Shown here: piece after piece, positions 46,861-56,821 of the stretch | How positions within the stretch are numbered: the stretch's first letter is position 1 | Layout of the letters: each line of letters opens with the position of its first letter | From: a virus | Direction: 5' to 3' (one strand) | DNA length: 64,000 nucleotides | Virus record (IMG/VR): IMGVR_UViG_3300027365_000009 | Coordinates: 85,877 to 149,876 of that record | Position numbers and translations under genes: made by a program | Notes under the pieces: generated by a model | Database searches by the model: none | The model's input: the letters and a program-made list of their open reading frames with translations, nothing else | What the model was told of the DNA's origin: nothing

Positions 46861-49539
46861 ATGAACGATTACCTGCTGCGGCATGCCGTGGCCAACGTCT
46901 GGTGTAATCCGGGTCAGGATCGCCAGTTCGTTTACCACCTGTCGCGTTTATCACCAAAATATGGTGTACGACATACCATCAATCTTTTTTACGAGCGTTT
47001 AACGCTGCCGACGCAAGGGGACACGTACCACGTCTACCAGATCGGTCAAGCATTGCCCTCCCGTATTGGGGTACCGCATACCAAACGTCAGTGGATGAGT
47101 TTGGCCTATCTGGCCAATGAGCATCTTCTTCACACTGATTTGTACACCGAAGAGGGGATTCAGTTCCCCCGGTTTGAGTCCTTTATCTGGATCACGCCCA
47201 GCCGTAATGTGATCGTGGCGGTCAAGATCAACCCCCGTATCTACGATCTGGAAAGCGGTCCTCTGTACCTGCGATTTTACAGCAACGCTTATTTCCAATC
47301 GGAGCGTTCTGATCTGGATCGCTATCTGATTGTTAAGGGCATGCAGGTCACCGATGATAATGCCCTACTTACGTTCCAGCGGGAAGTCCGCACAATCGTA
47401 AATGAACGGGGTGGGTTTCCCCAATACTTCGTCAATGGTCGTTTTGTCCACAACATCTCATTGGTCACGGCTGAGAAAGACGACGTCGTTGAGTTTGTGC
47501 TGGATAGTTCCATCAAACGCATGGTGGAATTCAAGCCTTCTGACCTTAAGGAATTCGAGTCTACCTTAGATCAAGAGCGCAAATACATCCTGCATTACGA
47601 TGAGCCTGACGTCGATACCATCGAGTACCTGGACGACGTGGATCTATACCTGTATAAACCAGGGATTCAAGATCGTTTTATGGGAGTGTATTACCACCAC
47701 AATGAGGGTACCTGGCTGCGAATGCTGACGCATAAGGACTACAGCATCTCGATCGAGCGGTTGGGTAGCTTTGTAGATACTCACCCTACCGACCCGCGTC
47801 ATCAGCTTAATCCCGAACGTTGGGGAAAAGACGACTGGCAAAGTCTTCAGGAAGTAGTGCTTCGTCTATACATCCGTGAATCCGGTTATCACCGTCCTCT
47901 GGTGGCAGACTCCCACCGTATTCAAGAGCTCTATCGTTTATCCAGCGATAAGATCCTTGATGCCATGACCGGGCTCAATGCAGTCAATCCCCTGTGGAAG
48001 GCCGAGGCGTTAGAACAGTCCCCCTACGTGCGGTTCATGTCGGCGTCAGATGACGTGGTTTATCCCATCGCATACAATGACCCCTACGTCGGTTCCGATG
48101 GGGAGAAGGCTGCACAGGAGTTCGTAGGGGATGTCTATGGGTATCATGCCGCGGCGACCCATTTGGCCAAGACACCGTCCGCTGTGTATACCTACGCCGG
48201 TAACCGGTACGCGGACCTCGCCTTTGAGCACCAACTCAACAGTACTGTGTTTGAGTATGATACCGACGGCGTGTTGCTGGAATGGCACTATCACGTCAAC
48301 GGAACGTATTACATTCCACGCAATGCCAACACGGTTAAGGTCGAGGCATTGACCGGGAAGGGGGGTTTCCACTCCAACACGGTATTCGGTAATGGCCCAG
48401 TGGAAATTGCCTACGGCCATAACTTCCGGGTGTACGTCAAGGACGTATGGGCCCTGACCCCGGTGGGGGAGTGGTCCGACATTACCGACGCCGCGGATCG
48501 ACACACCTATGGGTTCCTGGACACGACAGTTACCCCGAACCGATGGGTCTGGACATTGGATGACACGACCCATTATGGGGCGGTTGCCGTCGACGATGGC
48601 TTTCTGTGCTACGATCTCATGTTGACCCGTACCGACGGTCACCTTAGGTTTAGTTTGGCGTCTGTCGAGGTTCATGACGGTGTCGAGGATGAGCGGGTAT
48701 TGGATCTCCCCTTTGGGCAGTTAGATGTATACCTGGATGGACGTCCGTTGATTGAGGGACTGGATTACGTGGTCCACTGGCCCGAGGTGGTGTTGTCGCA
48801 TCTCGAGTATCTGGGGGAGAGCACGACCCACAAACTCACCATTCGCGGCTACGGGTTTGCGGACAGTTCACTGTCACGCCTCCCCACCACCGAAAGTGGG
48901 TTTATCCGGTATGGGGTGCTCTCCATGGACCGGGTGTACAACATCTGGACCCACAAAGTCCTGCGGTTGGTGGTGGATGGACACTACCACGATCCGGCAG
49001 ATCTGGTCTTTGACGAAGACCGTGGGGTACTGACCATCGATGGAGAGCGTAACGGGGCCCCATATGCGATCCAGACGCCCCCGGTGGTCTTCCGGGACGT
49101 CTACCCCCATGACCGACAGGCACGGGCCGACGATGACCAACGGGATGAGTACGTCGCTAACTACATGGACGAATACTTCCCGAAACCGGTCCGCCCTAAC
49201 CCGGACTTCATTGAAACCCAGTACCACATCATCTCCCCGTTCGCCAACAAGGTACTTCACGATCTACTGGAAGGGCATTTCTACCCCCCGGGGATTGAAG
49301 ACCAGTACAGCGAACACGAAATCCGGGAATGGTGTAAGGACTACGAGTGGCTGTTGCCGTATGACCTGTGTAATCAGGAGTACGTCGATAGTCATATCGA
49401 GATTTACCCGCACTGGCATCCCGAACCGGTGGAGTTGAATCTGTACCAATACAACTTCTATGTTCGTATCCTGGAGACGTACCTGCGTCATCCGCCCGAT
49501 GTCACTCCCTTTGTTGCTGTTAAGAGCCTACGAGGTTAA
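46861..49539 (+). CDS. Virion structural protein (phiKZ gp27-like)
   Basis: 892 aa with an NVWCNP.QDRQ N-terminus. Synteny supports the call. Confidence 0.78.
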   Translation: MNDYLLRHAVANVWCNPGQDRQFVYHLSRLSPKYGVRHTINLFYERLTLPTQGDTYHVYQIGQALPSRIGVPHTKRQWMSLAYLANEHLLHTDLYTEEGIQFPRFESFIWITPSRNVIVAVKINPRIYDLESGPLYLRFYSNAYFQSERSDLDRYLIVKGMQVTDDNALLTFQREVRTIVNERGGFPQYFVNGRFVHNISLVTAEKDDVVEFVLDSSIKRMVEFKPSDLKEFESTLDQERKYILHYDEPDVDTIEYLDDVDLYLYKPGIQDRFMGVYYHHNEGTWLRMLTHKDYSISIERLGSFVDTHPTDPRHQLNPERWGKDDWQSLQEVVLRLYIRESGYHRPLVADSHRIQELYRLSSDKILDAMTGLNAVNPLWKAEALEQSPYVRFMSASDDVVYPIAYNDPYVGSDGEKAAQEFVGDVYGYHAAATHLAKTPSAVYTYAGNRYADLAFEHQLNSTVFEYDTDGVLLEWHYHVNGTYYIPRNANTVKVEALTGKGGFHSNTVFGNGPVEIAYGHNFRVYVKDVWALTPVGEWSDITDAADRHTYGFLDTTVTPNRWVWTLDDTTHYGAVAVDDGFLCYDLMLTRTDGHLRFSLASVEVHDGVEDERVLDLPFGQLDVYLDGRPLIEGLDYVVHWPEVVLSHLEYLGESTTHKLTIRGYGFADSSLSRLPTTESGFIRYGVLSMDRVYNIWTHKVLRLVVDGHYHDPADLVFDEDRGVLTIDGERNGAPYAIQTPPVVFRDVYPHDRQARADDDQRDEYVANYMDEYFPKPVRPNPDFIETQYHIISPFANKVLHDLLEGHFYPPGIEDQYSEHEIREWCKDYEWLLPYDLCNQEYVDSHIEIYPHWHPEPVELNLYQYNFYVRILETYLRHPPDVTPFVAVKSLRG

Positions 49540-49541
49540 TC

Positions 49542-51200
49542 ATGGCTGAACCACATAAGACGTTCTACCGGGACCCCGATCGGGGGTTCCGTATCTGGAA
49601 CCGCGATGAAATCGTCCGCGATGACGGCGGGGGTCGTTGGGTTCCCAATGTTGGGGACCTGGTGTTTGATCCTGACCAAGGCTTCATGCAGGTCATTGAG
49701 GTCGATTACACCACCGGGTACTCCGTGCTGAAACTCTGGCAGGCTCCCGCTGAACCTGAAGAGGCCGAAGTCGAGGATGTCCTGCTGGGTATCGGGCCCG
49801 GCTACGCGTCCGAGTCCTATCGGATTTTCCTGGACCAGTCGGTGACGCCCCATATCCTGGCCCCAGATAGCCGTCTGCATTTCTACGGCTCCATGGTTCA
49901 CTCTTACAAGGTGTTTCTGGGAACGGACATCAGTGAGGAATACGGGAAAGTTATCTCGTCGTTCTTTGATCCGTCTGGGAATTTCCTGGGTAATGCCATT
50001 CCGGTTGAGTCCATTGAGGTCCCTGGGGCCACCAACCAGGTGATCAAGGCCCCAACCGTAGGGTACACCAGCGAGGCGATGGAAGACGGTGAGATCGTCA
50101 CGCTGGTGGCCTATGACGACGAGGGGGGTGTGGTGTCGCGTGCGCAGCTGCTCGTGAACAACACCGAAGCGATTCGTCAGGGTGAAGCGTCACGTAAATA
50201 CGTGAAAGCGATCCAGATTGATTCGCCATTTGTGAGCAGTGCTGACCCGCAGACCATCGAGTTCCCAATTAACGTCACTGTGGAATCCCTACCCATGACG
50301 GGGGTGGTCCACTATAGTGATGGTAGTCGGATTCGTCTACCCATTGATGGCTCGAAGTTCACCCTGTACGGCTTACGTAACTACGTGGCGACCATTGTAG
50401 GGCAGGAGTTCCCTATGGTACTCGCTTACAATATGGCCGAAGATGAGATTTCCTATAACCTGGAACCGTCAGCTAACCGTCGTCTGACCATGTCGTATCA
50501 GGCACGGACAACGACCGCCGATGGGTCGTACGAAGTCAAGCTCTTCGTCTACCCGGTGTGGGTCAGCGAAGCGGTGGGTTACCGTCTGGAATACTGGCTC
50601 TATAACCTGGATCGTCAGACCTACTACAACGTCACGCCGTACATTGAACTGGGCACAACCTCCGCGCCGTTTAACCCGACCCAATACGGTACGACCCAGA
50701 CCATCACGGTGGCGTTGGATCTCAATAAGGTCGATGGTAAATTCGCACCGTATCGTCACGTACAGACCTTCCAGATCGCCCTGCTGTCTCGTGGGGACCA
50801 GAACCAGGATAACTGGATTATCTACTTTACCCCGGATCAAGTCGACGGCTTTGGGCGGAGCGTGAAGGCGGAAGTAGAGTACGTCAATACCAACTATTGG
50901 CACCTGCGTCTGGATCAAGGTCTGCCCTCGAAAGAACTGTGGCTGAAGGAACTCTATGAACGAGTAGAGCCGCTGGTGAATAGCCAGGTCGAAGCGTGGG
51001 CGCCCGTCCCCACCCACTTCGTGGTCAAGACCCTCCACAATACTTACGAGTTTAGTGTGGAGCAGTGGAACGAAGAGTTGGTCATTAACAACGATCTGGA
51101 TGAAGGTGAGCTCCTTTATGTACATTGGATTCGTAAGAACTATGACACCTCACTTCAGTTGGCTGTTACTGCCCTTCCCATTCACCAAATAGGTAATTGA
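49542..51200 (+). CDS. Virion structural protein (phiKZ gp26-like)
   Basis: 552 aa, syntenic between the gp27-like gene and the terminase. Confidence 0.78.
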   Translation: MAEPHKTFYRDPDRGFRIWNRDEIVRDDGGGRWVPNVGDLVFDPDQGFMQVIEVDYTTGYSVLKLWQAPAEPEEAEVEDVLLGIGPGYASESYRIFLDQSVTPHILAPDSRLHFYGSMVHSYKVFLGTDISEEYGKVISSFFDPSGNFLGNAIPVESIEVPGATNQVIKAPTVGYTSEAMEDGEIVTLVAYDDEGGVVSRAQLLVNNTEAIRQGEASRKYVKAIQIDSPFVSSADPQTIEFPINVTVESLPMTGVVHYSDGSRIRLPIDGSKFTLYGLRNYVATIVGQEFPMVLAYNMAEDEISYNLEPSANRRLTMSYQARTTTADGSYEVKLFVYPVWVSEAVGYRLEYWLYNLDRQTYYNVTPYIELGTTSAPFNPTQYGTTQTITVALDLNKVDGKFAPYRHVQTFQIALLSRGDQNQDNWIIYFTPDQVDGFGRSVKAEVEYVNTNYWHLRLDQGLPSKELWLKELYERVEPLVNSQVEAWAPVPTHFVVKTLHNTYEFSVEQWNEELVINNDLDEGELLYVHWIRKNYDTSLQLAVTALPIHQIGN

Positions 51201-51235
51201 CAACATAAGCGGAGGGCATTAATGCCCTCCGCTCT

Positions 51236-52417
51236 TTATTTCAAAAACACAACGTCTATTCCAGGCAATGTATTCTGTTGAGCTTTGTATCTCACCCAAT
51301 GCGTGGGATTATCATATTCTTCCGATAGTTCATGAACACTCAAATAATACTTAACTTCGCCTGTTTTATTATTACGTGTTTTCAGTGGATGTGCTTTACC
51401 GGGGATACCTAACAAACTTATTTGGATTTGGTCTTCGTTATAAGGCAGAAATTCTTCGTTTTTGTGAGGTCTTCTGATATGATGACCTTTTAGGAAACGT
51501 GCGCGCCCACTGTCCAACCATCCGCTCAATTGGTTTTCTGTTATTTCTAAATAATTAATAACCTCCCTACTCGTGGAAAATACCCGGATAGTATCGGTTA
51601 GATAATTCTTAACTTCAAAAGTACCCCCACGGCTAGCTCTTCGCTGGCTGTATTCTTTGACTGAATCATCAATGTCTTTTTTATTGATTCCATTTAATAT
51701 TTTTCTCCATGATTTGTCACCATGTCTGAATATAATCCATCCATTGACCAAAATGCTCTTTTCTAACGATTCTCTTAGTCTCGTATCGGATAACCCCGTC
51801 ATGAAACTAAGTTCAAATATCGAGTTAGCTGTAATTGAAATATTGTTCGATAAATTAAGTGCAAATACGGGAATGCGTCTTTTAAGTTGAACTGAAGAAT
51901 ATTTTATTACGCTCACTATAAATTTATCGAGATAGGGCTGCCTGCTGTTGTTATAAGTCCTTAATATCGAATACGCCTCATTTTTGGTTAAACCAAAGTA
52001 ATCCCCAAATTCACGCATGGAATAAAAATCTGTTATCTTCTTATCCTCAACATTAGTGATTTGTATATGTGTCGTTGATTTAATTAACCTGTTTCTAACG
52101 GCGTGTAATTTATTCTCCGTTGGTGTAGTCCATTCCACATTGTCTTTATGGTTATTATCTTTAATACCGTCCTTATGGTTGACATTTGTTTTATCCGGAC
52201 TATCGGGCATGCCGTGGAAGCTAAGACAGACTAGGCGGTGAACGGTCTTATTGTACCGTTTGCCATCACGGTAAGGGTGGACTCTAAGATAACCAAAACG
52301 TTTATCTATATATTGTTTGAGAAGTCGTCCGGTATTTTTTCTTCGGACTCTCCCGATTGACGAAATTTCATATAAAGGGAAGTCATACATGTCAACCCAT
52401 ATTTCTTCTTCACACAT
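51236..52417 (-). mobile_element. Free-standing NUMOD4-HNH homing endonuclease gene
   Basis: EIW....FPLYEISSIGRVR (NUMOD4), VHRLV..SF and VNHKDGIKDNNHKDNVEW.T..EN..H (HNH). Visibly AT-richer than the flanks and opposite in orientation. Confidence 0.9.
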
Positions 52418-52484
52418 GTTCGTTTAATCCATTTAAAATATAAACCATATTATATGGCACTAGTATATTTTTGTTTGTTTAGGC

Positions 52485-52532
52485 CTGCAGCTCGCGGTAA
52501 CAGCGTTACCTGTTCATCAGGTAGGATCTTAA
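52485..52532 (+). pseudogene. Stranded duplicate of the last 15 codons of the gp26-like gene
   Basis: Encodes LQLAVTALPVHQVGS* versus LQLAVTALPIHQIGN* at 51153-51200. Confidence 0.85.
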
Positions 52533-52583
52533 CGACATAGTCGGGCCCTCATGACGAGGGCCCCCTAATTGGAGTCTTTAGCA

Positions 52584-53417
52584 ATGAGAACACGGTTTTT
52601 ACGCGGGAATACCGCGGAGAATAATGGACTCACACTCCCGAACGGGGAGTTGAGCATTGATCTGTAGAAGAAAGCCCTCCGTCTTCATGATGGTCAGACC
52701 CCCGGTGGCTTTGAGATGGTGGGCCAGAAAGCTTACATACCACCTGTGGGGCCCGGACCCACCACCCTAGTCGCCGGCGACACCGCGGCGGGCTTTTATG
52801 GTGAGGTAACTGGGGAGGAACTGATAACCTATGGGGCGTTATCGACGTCGGTAGGACTGTCTGCCGGTACTCTTATTAATGATTCTACATCGGTGTGGCT
52901 CAAGTTTGCCCTTGATGGAAAAACATTATTTATTAGTAAGAAACGCGTACGTAATGAAATTAGTTGGGAGGATATCTACAATATAGGTGCGGTTTATGGA
53001 ACGGGGGACACCGGCACGCACCCCATTAACGGAGGAGTTATTCAGGATCGAACGGTAACCATCGGACAAAACATCTTTAAAGTCCGCAATTTGAAAGGCG
53101 CCGCGGAAGACCCAGTCCCTAATCTCGCCTATGCCACTCATACCGACCCAATTGAAACAGCAGGCTCCGAGTGGAACCGACTACTTTACCCCGTACATAG
53201 AGATGACCCAGCGGGTTGGGCAACGTACAATAATGGGGATTTAGAATTCGGCACCGGTGTTGTTAGTTATGGAAGTCATGTACAAGAAACGTTTGAAACC
53301 GATACCACAAAACGCATATCCCGTGGGGTAAATGGCTACAATACCTTAGGGGGTGTGGAACTCACCACTAACCGTGTCATTGAGGGTTGGCGTCCCGTGT
53401 TGGAACTCATTGAATAA
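52584..53417 (+). pseudogene. Mtd-like virion protein paralog interrupted by an in-frame TAG at codon 28
   Basis: ATG 52584 (RBS GGAG) gives MRTRFLRGNTAENNGLTLPNGELSIDL*KKALRLHDG, colinear with the 42550 paralog, which has E at the stop position. The downstream ORF 52716-53417 is intact. Confidence 0.75.
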
Positions 53418-53450
53418 CTACATAGGGAGGCCCCCACTGGGGGCCTCGTT

Positions 53451-55622
53451 TTATGCCACAAAGCGTAGATGTTTTCCTGCCCGTGAAGTAAAGCGTTTCA
53501 GTTTCGAGTTACGACTGCGCTCTTCTTGAGCCTGCTTGATCATCGCATCAATACCTACCCCCATCATCTCCTGGACGTCAATGCGACCTGACAGACGACG
53601 CAGTTTCATCTCCAGTTTCTGTACCACCATTGGATCTTGGGCTCCTTTGAGTTCTTCGACTAAGGCGTTAAACTCATGCTGGTACTGTTGCTGCTGCTGG
53701 CGCTTGTATTGCTGCTCAGGACTCATCTCTCGCGTATTGTTCACGGCTTCGGAGAATACACGAGCGGAATCAATCCCGTAATACTGCAAGTGGCGAGCCT
53801 TTGTACAGAACCAGTGAGCTAACAGCCAGGAGATGACCATGTCATCGTGGTTACCTGCTGAGTGGTCAATGCGACCATTCTTGATGGTCAGTGATAACAG
53901 CTCATTGATCAAGGTCTTGTCATTGACCCGTTTGGCTCCTAACCGTAGCGCGGACTTCAATGCTTCACCGTACAGGGCATCGCGGGAATGACGACCGGCT
54001 CCCGTTGTATTGAACCCGAAATACTTCTTGAAACGGTCATAGAAGTAAGACGGGCGAGACGACAACGGCTTCTGAATTTCCGCATACTCTGTCTTGTAGG
54101 ATTCTGGTTCATCCACAATCCGGTTGTAGATCCGTTTGAAGGGATCAACACCCTTAATCGGTAAATGAATGAACATGGTATCCAGAATCGCCGTGCCCAT
54201 GGATTTCCGCTCAGGAATCATGGTGAGTTTTGGGAAACGGATCAACAGGTTAGCAAAGAACATCCCCAGTTTGGTGATGTTGGTTTCGTTATACCGTCCA
54301 GTGGCTAGAACATCATGAGTATATGAATCAATGATCACCATGCCGGTGGCATCGGTATCCTCCCCTAACGCCTCACTGGGGTCATTCCCCAGTACCGGAT
54401 GGCAGTTATTCATCCGCTCGGCAATTTCATGGTGAGGAATGTACCAACGGATCACATACCCATCGTCACTGATCTCCGTGTACAGAACTTCACGCTCGCT
54501 GTTCTTGACGTTGTGTTTCTCTTCGGTGGACAGCGGCGTACCCTCGGTACCCGTGGTCCAGATGTTAAAGTAGTCACGATCCGCCAGCTCGCCTGAGGAG
54601 TTGGATTCACGCAACTTACGGTACAACCACTCATCGGTTTTACCCAGCTGACGATGGTTGAATGCTCCGTAGATCAAGGGTTTGAGGCCCGTGGAGTTCT
54701 TCTCAACGATCTTGGCGTACTCTTCTCGACTCCCTGCATCGTAGTAGGTCTCACTCCAAGGTGCTCCTCCGGTCATAAAGCGGTAGGCAAACGCACCATC
54801 GCGCGAGTTGATGTTACCCGCCGTCGTCGTGTAGACGTTACCATAAGGTTGGTCGGCAGCGGCCGCCTCATCGCGCGCCGCCGAGCCAGACGACAGGGCA
54901 ACGGGAAGTGAGAGTTCGACCAAGTTAATGAACGCCAACTCGTCAAAGTGGAGCACGGGTACTGTTAGACCACGGCCCAGCTTATCAGCACCCACCTTGT
55001 CATTACGACCTACCGCGGTTTTGTAATAATTACCCGCCACGACATTGGTCAACATTTCATTGTTGTCAGCGTCATTACGGTTAGGGTAATAGATGTACTC
55101 GGGAAGGAGGTCACGAATCTCTTTGAGTCGTTCGATGTTGTTGTTACGTAGTGCGTTGTCTTTCGTAATCAGGTATACGGTGGTGTTTGCTGCCCAGATA
55201 AATTGGAGGCCCACCATCAGACAATCAGTGGAGACCGACTTACCGGTCTGACGGGGTTGGAGAAGCCCAAAGTCCACATGGTTAAAGAACGACCAATACA
55301 TGGCGATATTACCGCGATTGGCTTGGAAACGAATCGGCTCCGTACCCGCGTTCGGTGGTATGCGCATCAACTCACGAAATACGTACCATGGATTATAGCG
55401 GGCCTCCAATGCTATCTTGAACTTTTCTTCTTTAGTCAGTGTGGGACTGAACGGATCAATCCCTGAGAGTTCCGGCTGCATTAAGGCCAGGGGAAACTCC
55501 GCATTACGGATTCCCATTTTCTTGTACAAATACACCAGGCGTTTGAAGGATTCGTTGGTGGTGTTGTAATCAACAACTGCGTTGGGAAACCGCTCCCAAT
55601 CGCTTAGGTGGAGAATGGCCAT
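53451..55622 (-). CDS. terL: Terminase large subunit (phiKZ gp25-like)
   Basis: Walker A QPRQTGKS, Walker B FDELAF, YTTTAG coupling motif, and nuclease motifs GNDPSE and HDDMVISWLL. Confidence 0.92.
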   Translation of the reverse strand: MAILHLSDWERFPNAVVDYNTTNESFKRLVYLYKKMGIRNAEFPLALMQPELSGIDPFSPTLTKEEKFKIALEARYNPWYVFRELMRIPPNAGTEPIRFQANRGNIAMYWSFFNHVDFGLLQPRQTGKSVSTDCLMVGLQFIWAANTTVYLITKDNALRNNNIERLKEIRDLLPEYIYYPNRNDADNNEMLTNVVAGNYYKTAVGRNDKVGADKLGRGLTVPVLHFDELAFINLVELSLPVALSSGSAARDEAAAADQPYGNVYTTTAGNINSRDGAFAYRFMTGGAPWSETYYDAGSREEYAKIVEKNSTGLKPLIYGAFNHRQLGKTDEWLYRKLRESNSSGELADRDYFNIWTTGTEGTPLSTEEKHNVKNSEREVLYTEISDDGYVIRWYIPHHEIAERMNNCHPVLGNDPSEALGEDTDATGMVIIDSYTHDVLATGRYNETNITKLGMFFANLLIRFPKLTMIPERKSMGTAILDTMFIHLPIKGVDPFKRIYNRIVDEPESYKTEYAEIQKPLSSRPSYFYDRFKKYFGFNTTGAGRHSRDALYGEALKSALRLGAKRVNDKTLINELLSLTIKNGRIDHSAGNHDDMVISWLLAHWFCTKARHLQYYGIDSARVFSEAVNNTREMSPEQQYKRQQQQQYQHEFNALVEELKGAQDPMVVQKLEMKLRRLSGRIDVQEMMGVGIDAMIKQAQEERSRNSKLKRFTSRAGKHLRFVA

Positions 55623-55704
55623 AGAGGTATCCTAGAAGGTTAACATAGTCTATACCATCTCACTATGGCGGCATAACAGGGCTCCCGTAGGAGCCCTGGA
55701 TATA

Positions 55705-56175
55705 TTACGTCCCTACTTCGATGACCTTTGTGTAATTATCTCCCACCATCGCCGCCCACTGGTATATTTTTGACGGTTTGATCCGCTGATTGATAACTTT
55801 GGACTCGTCCACGAGGATATACCGTGCTCTAATCGGCCGCCGATAATTAAGGTCATTTAAATTATCGAGTATATCGATGGGCGTCAACACCTGACGATCG
55901 CGGATATGTCCGGTGGTATTCTCCAAATATAGGTCTTTATGCTCGGCGTTGATGGTAAGTATATACACCCCATTATTATGATTAGCCCAGTTGATCAGGG
56001 CGGCAGTTTTTCCACATTGACGCGGTAACGTAAGACCGATGGTATTGTATTCCCGCAAGAAAGTGGGGAGTGCTATACCCTCAGACATCCATGAAACATC
56101 GTGGATCGACGGGGTGAACGCTAACAGCTCATTCAGGACAGCACTGATATCAGTGTTCCTCTGAGACGTGATCAT
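55705..56175 (-). CDS. Small P-loop protein with terminase-like Walker motifs
   Basis: LPRQCGKT and ILVDES within 156 aa. Confidence 0.65.
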   Translation of the reverse strand: MITSQRNTDISAVLNELLAFTPSIHDVSWMSEGIALPTFLREYNTIGLTLPRQCGKTAALINWANHNNGVYILTINAEHKDLYLENTTGHIRDRQVLTPIDILDNLNDLNYRRPIRARYILVDESKVINQRIKPSKIYQWAAMVGDNYTKVIEVGT

Positions 56176-56180
56176 AGCAA

Positions 56181-56279
56181 TTAATCCTTTTGGTTCGGAG
56201 AAGAGTGTCGGCCCAACCGGATAACCAACACCAGAAACGCCAACACCACCATGCTACTGGAGAAGAGTAGCATAATCAT
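56181..56279 (-). CDS. Small membrane peptide (32 aa)
   Basis: Not in the track. Sequence MIMLLFSSSMVVLAFLVLVIRLGRHSSPNQKD. Confidence 0.4.
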   Translation of the reverse strand: MIMLLFSSSMVVLAFLVLVIRLGRHSSPNQKD

Positions 56280-56297
56280 TCACCCCGTGGGTAATTT

Positions 56298-56489
56298 TCA
56301 TTTTCGAGAGAACAGACGACGCCACCAAGGAAGACGTTTCTTGGGAAATGGAGTTGATGGAGGATATTCCACATGGTGGGTGGTGATGCTCTCACCCAAT
56401 CCCGGTCCAATGAATCGTGATTTCTCGTCAGAAGAAATAGTCCGTTTTATATCCAGCTTCGGTTTCATTACAATGATTTCGTAAGACAT
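56298..56489 (-). CDS. Hypothetical protein
   Basis: Co-oriented short ORF ending LPWWRRLFSRK. Confidence 0.5.
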   Translation of the reverse strand: MSYEIIVMKPKLDIKRTISSDEKSRFIGPGLGESITTHHVEYPPSTPFPKKRLPWWRRLFSRK

Positions 56490-56821
56490 TGCCGGCACAG
56501 GCATTTATCCCCATCGGCAATATCGGGGTTATAAGTTTTGGGTTTGTCCATACACCAGCAAGTACTCGAGGATTTACCGGCGTCGATGGCACAATAAGCA
56601 GGACCACCACAGGAGGGGCAATCGTGCGTGGATATCTGGCCTTTCAATTGTTCCATAAGCTGCATACGGTCGCCCACGGGTAATCCTCCCCACTGCATGA
56701 TTTCGGTACGTGTACGATAACACCCCCGACAAAGAAACTCCCCTACCAGACGACACTGTTTAATACAGGGCGTGAGGGGTTTCTCTACCGGGAGTGTCTT
56801 ACCGCAAGGGCGCTTAGCCAC
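56468..56821 (-). CDS. DUF1289-like plus Cys-rich CWC-like fusion protein
   Basis: GTG 56821 (RBS GGAG). TPCIKQC...CRGCYRT..EI..W followed by CPSCG...C...CWC...CLC..CL. Confidence 0.75.
   Translation of the reverse strand: MAKRPCGKTLPVEKPLTPCIKQCRLVGEFLCRGCYRTRTEIMQWGGLPVGDRMQLMEQLKGQISTHDCPSCGGPAYCAIDAGKSSSTCWCMDKPKTYNPDIADGDKCLCRQCLTKSL

Noticed and set aside
52665-52667. Genome-wide TAG reassignment
   Set aside because: Long genes are not fragmented, and several genes end normally in TAG (12386, 13231, 23927, 37606).
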